Assembly: GCA_963750165.1 (NCBI GenBank)
Contig: CAVVPN010000004.1
Span: 704,001-768,000 of the forward strand
DNA from: an uncultured Gemmataceae bacterium
GTDB taxonomy: Bacteria > Planctomycetota > Planctomycetia > Gemmatales > Gemmataceae
Direction of reading: 5' to 3'
DNA: 64,000 nt
The position numbers and the translations under genes are program-made. Below are positions 47,258-57,059 of this stretch, piece after piece. Each line of letters opens with the position of its first letter. The first letter of the stretch is position 1. The notes beneath the pieces were generated by a model. That model made no database searches, was not told the origin of the DNA, and saw only the letters and a list, made by a program, of their open reading frames with translations.

Positions 47258-50200
47258 ATGACTGACACACCCCCCACCGCGCCGCCCGGCGTCCGCCATG
47301 TCGCCCCGACGGTCCTGATCGGCCTGGGCGGCACCGGCAAGGACGTGCTGTTGCGCGTCCGCCGCATGTTTTACGAGCGCCACGGCCTGCGCCCGGACGG
47401 CGGCGTCGGCTACCCGATCATCGGCTACCTGGCCCTGGACACCGACCCGGGCGCCCTGGACCGCATCGAGGGCGAGGGCGCCAGCGATTTCGTGCTGCGG
47501 GCGATCCAGTTCAAGCGCGGCGGCACCCCGGAGGCGCTCGACTGCACGGTGGCGCCGCGGCAGCTGGAAGATTATTTCCGCGGCGGCGAACAGCAGTTCC
47601 CACACCTGTTCCGCTGGCTGCCGGCGGAGCTAAAAAAGTTCGGGGCCAACGGCATCGTCGGCGGCGCCGGCCAGAACCGCCTGTTCGGCCGCCTCGCATT
47701 CTTCCACCACTTCACGCGCATCCGCGACACATTGAAAGCCCGCATCAGCCAGGTTGTCGCTGATGCCACGCTGCCCACTCGCCGCGCCGCCTGGCTGTCG
47801 GAACTGCGCACGCCGGTGGAGGTCAACCCGCAGCGCCTGGAAATCGTGCTGGTCTACTCGCTGGCCGGCGGCACGGGCGCCGGCATGTTCCTGGACATGG
47901 GCTGGCTGGTCCGCCACGTCGTCGAGCGCGAGCTGGCTCTGGCCGGCGTGCAGCCGTTCTTCACGCACTACGCGCTGCTGCCGGAGGCGTTCGTGCAAGA
48001 GGCCGCCGAGGGCCGTCGCAACGTCACGCTCAAGCCGGAGCAGCGCCGCAAGATTCAGGAGAACGCCTTCGCCTGCCTGCGCGAGATGGAGTATTTTTCC
48101 ATGGCGCCGCGGCAGGCGTTTGACCTGACCATTCCGCAGGCCGTGCCCGCCGCTGTATTCCCCCCCAAAATGGGAGGGGATACAGCGGCGGGCGGCGTCT
48201 CGGAGCCGTGGTATGGCGTGCAGTGGGAACTGGATGGCCCCGTCGTCGAAATCCACAGCTCGCCGTGGGATACGTGTTACCTGCTTGGCGGCGGCAACGA
48301 GGCGATGGGCAACCAGTGCCTGCCGCCGGCGGAGCTGTACCAGATGATCGCGGAGCGGCTGTTCCTGCAGTTCGCCGGCGGCCAGTTCGGCAGCCTGAAG
48401 GAGTCCGCCCTGAGCAACGAGGTGGACGAGACGCTGCAGGCGCTGGCCGACGAGGTGCGCGATGAGCGCGGCCAGATTTTGTATCGCCATTTCCTGAGCA
48501 AGCGCTTCAGCACCTTCGGCCTGTCGCAAATTTTCTTTGACCGCGAGCGTATGCGGCGGGCAGCGGCGCACCGGCTGGCGTGGAAGCTGGTCGCCGAGTG
48601 GTGGCTGCGGCCGGCGGACCTGGCGCCCGTGGAGTTGCAGCGGCTGGCGAAGGAGGATTTGCACGGGGGAGCCGGCGGCCGCGGCGAAGTTGTCACCGCG
48701 ACCGGCCTGGCTGGTGACAGCCCATTGTCACTGGCATACGACGCGCTGCGCGATCAGATTCTGCTGGAGGACCGCGACCAGGACCGGCATCGCACCTGGT
48801 TCCAGGTGGTTCTCGACGATGAGCAGCAGCGCCGCCGCCGTGTCGAGGAGGGCGATTTTGACACGCGCACCGAGGAAGCGATCACGCCCTTGCTGCAAGC
48901 GCACCTGCACCGCCTCAAGCGCGTCCGCGGCGCCGCGGGAGAGACGGGGCTGGCCGTCCGCAGTTTCGAGCGGCACCGCCAGCAACTCGAAGAGGAAATC
49001 GAGCGCCGCCTGCGGGCGCTGGTGCTGCACCGCCTGCAACAACTCGGCGTACGCGGCACCTTGCAGTTACTGGAGGAATACGCCAACCTGCACAAAAACG
49101 AGCTGCAAAAAGCCCAGTATTTGGCGGCGAAGAAGGCCGCGCCGCTGCCGCCCTACCCAGACCGCGTGAGCGACGCCCGCCGCCTACCGCTGGCGTACTA
49201 TGCGCGCACGGCGGTACGCCTGGAGTTGCAGCGGGCGCTGCGGCAGGTCCGGGACCACCTGCTCAAGGCGTTCCACCGCGAGGCGCTGCCGGAAATTCGC
49301 GCCTGCCTCGACCGCGTGCAGCAGCGCATCGGCCTTGACCAGCGCGAGGGTTCTTACGCCGATCTCTTGCAGCGCTTTCAATCGCTGCTGGAAGCGCAGA
49401 CCGACGCGATGTCCGGCGTGCAGCACTACCTGGCCCAGCGCTTCCGCGAGTTGCGCACGCAAGACGCCGCCCAGGAGCGCACCATCGGCCTGCTCGACCA
49501 GCTGAGCGATGCCGCCTACGACGCCCGCATCCGCCAGCTGATCGCCCCGGAGAGTCCCGGCACCGCCCTGGACATGCACGAACTCGGCCCACGTGTCGAG
49601 CGGCTGGTCTTGCAGCAACTGGCCGCGGTCGATCCGAAGTGGCAGCGCGTGCAGTCGGTCGGCGACCTGGCCCTGACGCTGCTGGCGCTGCAGCCCGCGG
49701 AACTGCCAGCGCAACCGGTCCTCGACGAACTCGCCGCCGACCTGGCCGCGGCGTGCGAGGCGCTGCTGGCGAATTTTGCCGGTGAAACCAGCGCCCTGGA
49801 GCAGTTCAACCGCGACGTGCATTTGATGCGCGTGCGGCTGGACAATTTGCGCACCTACTCGGGTTGTTTTTTGCGGCGGACGCGCGAGCCGGAGGCACAG
49901 CGGCTGGACACCGCGGCGGTACTGCGGCTGGGCGTCGCCGACTGCAAGGGCCGCGCCGCCGAGGAGTTTCGCCGTCAGGCCGAGGCCGCCGGCTCCGACC
50001 GCCAGTTGCTCGGATTGCAGTCCTTCGAGATCGATGGCGACCGCATCGTACTTTATCAGGAAAAAACCGGCCTGCCGCTGTGCTATTACTGCGGCCTGGA
50101 GACGCTGGGCGAGCTGTACGCCCGGTCGCTGCGGCAGCGCGAGACGCACCTGGACTACCACGCGCTGCGCGGCCGATTGCCGGAGGTGCGCCGGGCGCAG

Positions 50201-50917
50201 CCGGAGCGGCAGAAGCACCTGGCCCAGTGTGTCGAGCTGGCGCTGTACGGCGTCAGTACGGGCGTGTTGCGTTACGAGCAGCGTTTCGAGCAGCAGCGCT
50301 TCTGGCTGGCGGTGAAGCAGGGCTACGGCACGCCGTTGACGGTGCCGCTGGGCGGTCAGCTGGAAGAGGTGATCGCCTACCTGGCCGAGCACGCCAGCGA
50401 CCGGGCGGAGTTGCAGCGGCAGCTGGACCGCTGGTTCCAGGCCGCCGCCCAGAACGACGGTGAGGCACTGGTGCTGCTCTGGTGCGCCGTGCAGGATTTT
50501 CACGAGGACATCCGCGGGCGCGTGCAGCGGCACATCGACCAGGGCCGGCTGACGAGTTCCGAGGCCCGCCACCACCCACTGCTGGCCGTGCTGGAGCAGC
50601 GCATGCTGTCGCGCGTGCGCGAGCGGCTGCTGGGCTTGCCGGGCGGCCCAGGCTGGCTGGAGTCGAAGCTCGACCGCGGCGGTCTGGCGGCGGAGCTGGA
50701 CGGCGACGACCTCGACCAGGCCCTGCGGCTGCGGGCGGAACTGCTGCGCGACTGCTACGCGCCGCTGTCAGAGGCGGTGCCGGTGCCGGTGCTGCGTCCG
50801 GGCGCCCGGTTGGACCGGCGCGTCTTCGGCGACCTGATGGGGCCGCGCCCCGGGCCGCGGCCGGCCGCCGCGGCGCCGCTGCGGCGCTTCCAGCAGGCGG
50901 AGGATGAGTCGGTGTGA
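47258..50917 (+). CDS. Tubulin/FtsZ-like GTPase (Tubulin_2 / FtsZl1 type) with long helical C-terminus, 1219 aa
   Basis: VLIGLGGTG, LALDTD, GAGQNRLFGRLAF, SLAGGTGAG (tubulin signature), ENAFACLREMEYF, PWDTCYL. Confidence 0.88.
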   Translation: MTDTPPTAPPGVRHVAPTVLIGLGGTGKDVLLRVRRMFYERHGLRPDGGVGYPIIGYLALDTDPGALDRIEGEGASDFVLRAIQFKRGGTPEALDCTVAPRQLEDYFRGGEQQFPHLFRWLPAELKKFGANGIVGGAGQNRLFGRLAFFHHFTRIRDTLKARISQVVADATLPTRRAAWLSELRTPVEVNPQRLEIVLVYSLAGGTGAGMFLDMGWLVRHVVERELALAGVQPFFTHYALLPEAFVQEAAEGRRNVTLKPEQRRKIQENAFACLREMEYFSMAPRQAFDLTIPQAVPAAVFPPKMGGDTAAGGVSEPWYGVQWELDGPVVEIHSSPWDTCYLLGGGNEAMGNQCLPPAELYQMIAERLFLQFAGGQFGSLKESALSNEVDETLQALADEVRDERGQILYRHFLSKRFSTFGLSQIFFDRERMRRAAAHRLAWKLVAEWWLRPADLAPVELQRLAKEDLHGGAGGRGEVVTATGLAGDSPLSLAYDALRDQILLEDRDQDRHRTWFQVVLDDEQQRRRRVEEGDFDTRTEEAITPLLQAHLHRLKRVRGAAGETGLAVRSFERHRQQLEEEIERRLRALVLHRLQQLGVRGTLQLLEEYANLHKNELQKAQYLAAKKAAPLPPYPDRVSDARRLPLAYYARTAVRLELQRALRQVRDHLLKAFHREALPEIRACLDRVQQRIGLDQREGSYADLLQRFQSLLEAQTDAMSGVQHYLAQRFRELRTQDAAQERTIGLLDQLSDAAYDARIRQLIAPESPGTALDMHELGPRVERLVLQQLAAVDPKWQRVQSVGDLALTLLALQPAELPAQPVLDELAADLAAACEALLANFAGETSALEQFNRDVHLMRVRLDNLRTYSGCFLRRTREPEAQRLDTAAVLRLGVADCKGRAAEEFRRQAEAAGSDRQLLGLQSFEIDGDRIVLYQEKTGLPLCYYCGLETLGELYARSLRQRETHLDYHALRGRLPEVRRAQPERQKHLAQCVELALYGVSTGVLRYEQRFEQQRFWLAVKQGYGTPLTVPLGGQLEEVIAYLAEHASDRAELQRQLDRWFQAAAQNDGEALVLLWCAVQDFHEDIRGRVQRHIDQGRLTSSEARHHPLLAVLEQRMLSRVRERLLGLPGGPGWLESKLDRGGLAAELDGDDLDQALRLRAELLRDCYAPLSEAVPVPVLRPGARLDRRVFGDLMGPRPGPRPAAAAPLRRFQQAEDESV

Positions 50918-51045
50918 TTGTCTGGCCGGCCCAAAGTGCGAACTTGTGTATAAGTATCTATTCCGGTTACTCTACTGGGTGGTTCGGTTGGATGAGTGAA
51001 TTGCCGTCCTCGTCAGGATGGCGCGCCTTTCACAAGGAGTCTTCC

Positions 51046-52173
51046 ATGAAAGCCGTCACGCTGGTGGTGTTGAGCGGAGCCCTGTTGAGTTGGGTGCCGC
51101 AGGCGCCTGCCCAGACGGAACTGCCCCCGGCCGCGAAGAAATTGCTCAAGGAATATGAGGAGAGCATCGTCGAGCTTGACAAAAAGTACGAGGCCGAGGT
51201 CAAGAAACGCGGGGAAAAGACGACCGTGGAACTGAAGAAGGTGCAGGATCGGATGTGCAAGGAGGCCAAACTCGACGAGGCGGTGGCTGTCCGCGACCTG
51301 ATTCGCAGCATCCAGGCCGGGACCAACGAGGCCTCCGCCGCCGACCTGCCGGCCGCCGCCCGCGAAATTTACAAAGTGTATCAGGATGACACCGCCGCGA
51401 TCCTCAAGAAGGCCGAGACCGAGGTCGAGGTCCGGCGAAACCAGGCCACCGTGGGGCTGAAGCGGTTGCAGGACCTGTTGTGCAAGGAAACCAAGCTCGA
51501 CGAGGCCATCGTCATCCGTGACCTCATTCGTTCGCTTCGGGACGGGGTGACCAACACCCTGGCCGATCCGGGCTACGTGAACAACCCGGCCAACGACGTC
51601 GGCAAGGTGTTTTACTACACGGTCACCGGCGTCACCAACGGCGGCTCGATCTACGGTACCGATATTTACACCACCGGCTCGCACCTGGGCATGGCGGCGG
51701 TCCACAGCGGCGTCCTGAAAGCCGGCCAGCAAGGGGTCGTGAAAGTGACCATCTTGCCGGGCCAGAACAACTACACCGCCTCCATGCAGAACGGCGTTAA
51801 CAGTAACGGGTATGGGAATTGGGGGGTGAGCTTCAAGGTCGAACGGGTCTACGGGTTGGCGGGGAAACGTGTCAGTTCCGTCCTGGCCGACCCGGGCTAT
51901 GTGAGCAACTCGGCCAACGACATCGGCAAGGTGTTTCACTACACGGTCACCGGCGGCAACAACGGCCAGATCTGGGGCACCGGCGTCTACACCACCGGCT
52001 CGCACCTGGGCACGGCTGCGGTTCACAGTGGTGTGCTGCGAGTCGGCCAAAAGGCCATCGTGAAAGTGACCATCTTACCCGGCCAGAACAACTACATCGC
52101 CTCGCCCAGGAACGGCATCACCAGTAATGGGTATGGGAATTGGGGGGTGAGCTTCAAGGTCGAGCGGAGATAA
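51046..52173 (+). CDS. Secreted protein: two helical repeats plus two LCCL domains
   Basis: AAGGAG RBS; signal peptide; 2x (LKxxQDxxCKExKLDEAxxxRDLIRS); 2x (I[YW]GTxxYTTGSHLGxAAVHSGVL...PGQNNY...NG). Confidence 0.85.
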   Translation: MKAVTLVVLSGALLSWVPQAPAQTELPPAAKKLLKEYEESIVELDKKYEAEVKKRGEKTTVELKKVQDRMCKEAKLDEAVAVRDLIRSIQAGTNEASAADLPAAAREIYKVYQDDTAAILKKAETEVEVRRNQATVGLKRLQDLLCKETKLDEAIVIRDLIRSLRDGVTNTLADPGYVNNPANDVGKVFYYTVTGVTNGGSIYGTDIYTTGSHLGMAAVHSGVLKAGQQGVVKVTILPGQNNYTASMQNGVNSNGYGNWGVSFKVERVYGLAGKRVSSVLADPGYVSNSANDIGKVFHYTVTGGNNGQIWGTGVYTTGSHLGTAAVHSGVLRVGQKAIVKVTILPGQNNYIASPRNGITSNGYGNWGVSFKVERR

Positions 52174-52231
52174 TCCGACCTGCGAGGCGGCGGCCGGGTA
52201 CGGTCGGGCGCGATCCAGGGAGGGCTGTCCG

Positions 52232-52366
52232 ATGGCCGTCGAGAAGGAGGCGCTGCGCGACTGGCATCGCCTGTTCGGCCTGCTCTTGACCGACTATTTC
52301 AGCGGCGCGCCCTTCGTCGTCGAAGTCGCGCGCGACTTCTCGGTCCAGCAGCAACTGCTCAGCTAA
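52232..52366 (+). pseudogene. Truncated 5' fragment, probably of a PD-(D/E)XK-like gene
   Basis: GGGAGGG RBS; MAVEKEALRDWHRLFGLLLTDYFSGAPFVVEVARDFSVQQQLLS* (44 aa) resembles the start of a longer conserved family and stops abruptly. Confidence 0.5.
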
Positions 52367-52643
52367 CCTGGGCCGTGAACCAGATCGCCGACTTTCTCAG
52401 CCGGGAGGCGGTGCGCGGATTGGATAACGCGGTTTGGCTCCGCCAGGACGCGCAGGCCCGTGACCGCTTGAACGCACGGTCGGGCCTGGTGAAGCGCATC
52501 AAAGCTCTGCACCCCACCCCGGGATCCTCTTTGTAAAAGCCACGGAGCCACCATCCTTGTCCGTGTTCCCCATCCCGTCCCAGGGCCAGGGGACTTGCGG
52601 ACGCCGCGGCGGTTGGCGAGAATACCACGCGGAGGGTCAGGCC

Positions 52644-53351
52644 ATGCCGCTGCACGATTGGACAGACGAACGGGGCTGGGACAGCGTCCATCCGTTCTGG
52701 TTGGCGTACCTCGTCGAGTGGGTGCAGCCCCGCTTGCCGGAGGGGTATCGGGCGTTCCTCGGGGGCGTGCCTGCCCTGACGGTGGCGACGGGCAACGGCA
52801 AGCCCGACGTCAGCGTTCGCCACTGGGAGCCGCGTCCGCCGACCGAGGCAGTGACAACCGATACTGCCGTCCTGGAACCGGACCTGGAAGCGAGCGTCGT
52901 CGTCCGCCTTGACCCGCAACCGGCCGTCCACGTCGATTTCCACGGGCAACTCATTGCCGCCATTGAGATCGTCTCGCCGCGAAACAAGGACCACCTCGGC
53001 GCGAAGGATACGTATGCCCAGCGCTACCTGGGCTACCTCCGCCTGGGGGTGCATTTGCTGCTCGTCGATGTGCTACCGCGGCCGAAAGACTTCTCGTTCT
53101 CCGACATCATCACGGGCAGCCTGGGGCTCGAATTGCCGCCGCTGCCGGCCCCGTTTGCTGTGGCCTATCGTGTGGACGAGGTCGTCCCGGTCGGGAGCGA
53201 CATGGGCAGCCTCGTGGGCCTCTGGCGCCGTCCGCTGCAGGTCGGCCAACCCCTGCCACCGCTGCCGCTGCCGTTGAGCGTCACTCGGGCCGTCCAGATC
53301 GATCTGGAGCAGACGTACGCACGGGCGGCGAAGCGGGCTTACCTCGATTGA
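52644..53351 (+). CDS. DUF4058 family protein (PD-(D/E)XK-like, planctomycete-expanded)
   Basis: MPLHDW, PDVSV, IAAIEIVSPRNK, GVHLLLVD, LPxLPLPL...IDLEQTY. Confidence 0.85.
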   Translation: MPLHDWTDERGWDSVHPFWLAYLVEWVQPRLPEGYRAFLGGVPALTVATGNGKPDVSVRHWEPRPPTEAVTTDTAVLEPDLEASVVVRLDPQPAVHVDFHGQLIAAIEIVSPRNKDHLGAKDTYAQRYLGYLRLGVHLLLVDVLPRPKDFSFSDIITGSLGLELPPLPAPFAVAYRVDEVVPVGSDMGSLVGLWRRPLQVGQPLPPLPLPLSVTRAVQIDLEQTYARAAKRAYLD

Positions 53352-53394
53352 GCTGGGGCGTCGATCAGGAGCTCTTGTTGTTCAAAGGGCGCTG

Positions 53395-53545
53395 ATTCTC
53401 GACGTGTGAAAAAGTTGGCGTTCTTGGCGTCCTTGGCGTCCTTGATCGGTCAGGCGGCATCACAAAGTGATACGCCGTGCCAGCCAGGCGTTCATTCTCG
53501 ACGTGTGAAAAAGTTGGCGTTCTTGGCGTTCTTGGCATCCTTGAT
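53395..53545. repeat. Two direct copies (52 bp, 99-bp period) of the TCTCGACGTGTGAAAAAG(TTGGCGTTC)n repeat
   Basis: 53395-53446 and 53494-53545 are nearly identical; a third copy lies at 27301. Confidence 0.85.
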
Positions 53546-53626
53546 TAGACAGCCGTCGCCAGCCAGAGACTCCCAGCGCCAACCCGCCAGGGCAGGCAGA
53601 CGGCGACAGAAGCAGAAAGTCCCCCG

Positions 53627-56600
53627 GTGAAGGATTCCGAACCCTTGTCCGCGTTCCCCCCCACCCCCTGCCCCGTCTGCGACAACCGCCTGGCGGTCTG
53701 CTGGCGCTTCCGCGCCGACGACCGCCACTGCGGCCTGTGCGGCCAGCGCGTGCTGCGGCTGCGCGTCAGCCCCGCGACGCCGGACGGGGCGGTCTGGCTG
53801 TACCTGCACCCGACGGAGGCGCTGCGGTTGCGGCTGACGTGGGAGCGCGGCCCCGACGGCGGCCCGGCGCAAGACCTTCCGCCCCGCGCTCGACCTCGCC
53901 CGCAGTGGCGCCCACTTCACCGACGACCGCCTCGGCAGCCTGGCGTTCGCACTGGAAGAACTGCCCGCGGACAGCCCCGCCGCCGACACGGTGACGGTGC
54001 GACTGCGGCCGCTGTTCGAGGGCCTGGAAGCGCTGACGCTGCCGCCGGCCGGCGTCGCGGGCCAGCTGCACCTCGCCGCCAGCACCGGCACGGAAATCCG
54101 CCCCGCCCTGCTGCTGCCGCCGCCGCAGGAGATCGCGCTGGCCTGCACGGACCCGAGCATCGCGCGTCGCAGCGGTGTCTGGCAAATCTACCAGCGCGGC
54201 CCTGGCGTGCGCGTGCCGATGCGGCTGACGACGCCGGTGCCGCTGTGGGCCGGCGACCTGCGCATCGCCGAGGACAGCGACCCGGACGTGAGTGTCGAGG
54301 GCCTCGGCGACTTCGTGCTGCTGGAGCCACAGCGGCCGCACCCCTTCGCCCTGCGCGTCAACAGCACGCACTGGGCGTCGCAGGCGGCCCACAACTTCAA
54401 GTTCTTCGTCAACCTGGCGACGCTCGGCCCGCTGACGCTGAGCGGCGAAATCGCCCTGCTGGAGGGCAGCAAACTCCTCATCGGCGGCCCGAATCCGCGG
54501 CTGCTGGAAGTGCAACTCGGCCGCAGTTTCGCCACCAGTTTCACGCTGACCGCCAGTGCCGAGGGCGCTGCCGAGGAGGACGGCATCACGCTGGTCGATT
54601 ACACCGTGCTGCGGCAGAGCGGCATCGAGGCGGATGACGAGCCAGACTGGCTGCGCCTGCTGACGCCGGCGCGGGCGGACCTGCCGCTGACGATCCGGCC
54701 GCACGGCCCCGAGCGGCCCGCCGAGCAGTTGGTGCTGGAGGTGAGCACCGGCCGCCTCGACCGCCAGCGCTACGCCGGGGCACTGCTGCGCGGCGCGGTC
54801 GAACTGATCGATTCGCGGCGGCGGCGCTGGACCTGCGAGGTCCACGCCACGGTGACGCGGCCGCCGCGGCTGGGCAGTCCGGTGGCCATCGACTGGGGCA
54901 CGACCAATTCGTGCGCCGCCTACTGCGTCGGCGCTGTTGGCGGCGAGCCGCCGCGCTCGCTGTCGTTCGACGAGGAGCAGCAGCGCGCCCCGAGTCGTTC
55001 CCGTCGGACCTGTACTTCAGCGATCTGGACGACCCGGAAAATCCAGTCTTTTATCTGGGCCACGAGGCCGCCCGGCGGGCGCGCGAGCACCCCGAGTGCT
55101 GCCTGCGCAGCGTCAAGCGCAAGTTCCAGTTCCTCGACCAGGTGTTCGTCATGGACGAGCACCAGCGCGGCCACACCTACCCGATCACGCAGCTGGTCGA
55201 ACTGTTGCTGGAGCGGCTGGTCACGCTCGCCGAGGCCGCCCAGGGCCAGGAGTTGCACACGCTCGGCCTGACGTTTCCGACGAAGTGGTCCGCGCGCGTG
55301 CGGCACAAGTTGGAGGGCGTCACGCAGGCCCTGGCGGCCCGGCTGCAGCGGGCGCGGCAGCCGATCACGGTGCAGGTGCTGCCGCCGCAGATCGACGAGG
55401 CCAACGCCGTCGCCCTCAACCTCATCACCAGCCATCACGGTCGCGCCCTGCCCGACACCTTCCATCTCATCGCCTACGACTTCGGCGGCGGCACCATCGA
55501 CACCTCGGTGCTGGAGGTCCACCTGCCCGACGACCCGGCGGAGCTGCGGACGCGCTACATCGGCATCGGCGGCCGCCATGACTTCGGCGGCGACGACGTG
55601 ACGCGCGCCGTGCTGCTGCTGCTGCACGACCGCCTCACCGGGGCGCTGCAGCGGCGCACCGTCGTGCTGGACGACCTCACACACAAGAGCGCCTGGCTTC
55701 AGGAAATCCCGCTGGTAGCGGACGGCGAGCCGCTGCGCGAGAGCGGCCCGGGAGCGGCGCACCGCTACCAGCTGGGCCGCCGCAACTGGGACGCGCTGTG
55801 GAAGATCGCGGAACTCATCAAGATGGATTTATGCGATGCCGAGGCCGAGCCGGCCCCACCGCCCCCACCGCCGCGGCCCGCGACCGCCGCCCGGCTGACC
55901 GGCCTGGCCGACGACTTCACGCTGACCGTGGACGAGGATTCCAGCTTCGAGTCCGCCATCGCCGACGCCTTCGACCAGGAGCAGACCGGCGCGGCCGAGC
56001 CGGCGGTGTCGCCGGTGACGGATCGGCTGCGGCCGCGGCTGGCGGACCTGCTGTGCCGGGTGCAGATCCAGCCGGGGCCGGCGGAAGGCGGCGCCCCTGT
56101 GGAGGTGCTGTGGACGCTGGACGCCGTGCTCGACCCGCTGGAGGCCGAGGACCGCACCGCTTTCTTCGATGAGCTGCGCTTCACGCTGGACCACGCCTGC
56201 GAGTTCCCGCTGGAGGACCTGCACGGCACCAACCACGGCCAGCGCTACAACGTCCGCCAGCGCGTCGAGGACACCGTGCGCGAGCTGCAATGGCAGTGCG
56301 CCCAGCAGCGGGTGCAGCCGCACATCATCGTGCTGGCCGGCGGCGGCTGCCGGCTGCCGCTGGTGGCGCGGCTGATGCGGCAGTATTTCCCGAGCGACCA
56401 CGACCTGCTGTACTACCAGAAGGAGTTCGCGAAGCGGCGGGTGGCGCACGGCATGGCGAGTTACCTGGCGCTGCGACAGGTGCTGAACCTCGACAGCAGG
56501 TTAGCGCGTTCCGTGGACGTGCTGCACCACCCGCTGGGCTTGCAGAAGATGGTGCGGGCCGACGGTACCCTGCGGCTGGCGTTCGAGGCGGTGGCGCCGC

Positions 56601-56944
56601 TGGGGGCGCGCGTCAACGACCCGGGCGTGTGGCACCCGTTCACGGCGCGGGCGTCGCAGCTGCGCGATGCGGACGGTCAGTTGCGGTTGACGCTGTTCGT
56701 GCAGGACTGGCGTGGCGGCCCGCAGGAATTCGGCGTCTGCGACCTAACGCGGCCGGCGGCGACCGCGGAGCCGGGCTGGGCGGCCGGGCCGCTGCCGTTC
56801 GCGGACGGGGCGACGTACCAGGGCGGCCTGCGGCTGTGCGGCGTGCAGCGTGTCGAGGTGCGGCTGTCGCTCGGCGATGCCACTTACGGCCCCTTTGTGG
56901 CGGCGCCGACTGGGGGCGACCCGGAGGCGCTGTTGCAGAGCTAG
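53627..56944 (+). CDS. Hsp70/actin-fold ATPase with N-terminal Zn ribbon and beta-rich region (~1,100 aa); two frameshifts (~53850-53885 and 54988-54991)
   Basis: CPVC...HCGLCG; VAIDWGTTNS (phosphate-1), IDEANAVA (connect-1), YDFGGGTID (phosphate-2), FGGDDVT, VLAGGGCRLPLV (adenosine). The three ORF pieces join on single-base corrections. Confidence 0.8.
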
Positions 56945-56953
56945 CGCTTCGGG

Positions 56954-56979
56954 GTAGCGGAAGTCGCCAGACTTCCGCT
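56954..56979 (+). repeat. GTAG-type REP element
   Basis: GTAGCGGAAGTC-GCCA-GACTTCCGCT: GTAG tetranucleotide followed by a 10-bp stem, 10 nt after the Hsp70-like stop. Confidence 0.75.
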
Positions 56980-57059
56980 TCAAAAAGGTTGGTAAAGCAA
57001 GGATTCCCGCCCGGTGGTATCATGCGGGGTAGTGGGTGACGCAACCTGGGAGCATGAAC

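Noticed and set aside
47258..50917. Canonical ftsZ or BtubA/B
   Set aside because: Three times too long, Tubulin_2-type motifs, and no dcw or btub context.
53395..53545. Possible mini CRISPR array
   Set aside because: Only two 52-bp copies with an internal 9-mer tandem structure, a dispersed third copy, and no cas genes in the window.
53627..56944. dnaK
   Set aside because: Long N-terminal extension, divergent motifs, no recognisable DnaK substrate-binding domain, and no grpE or dnaJ nearby.
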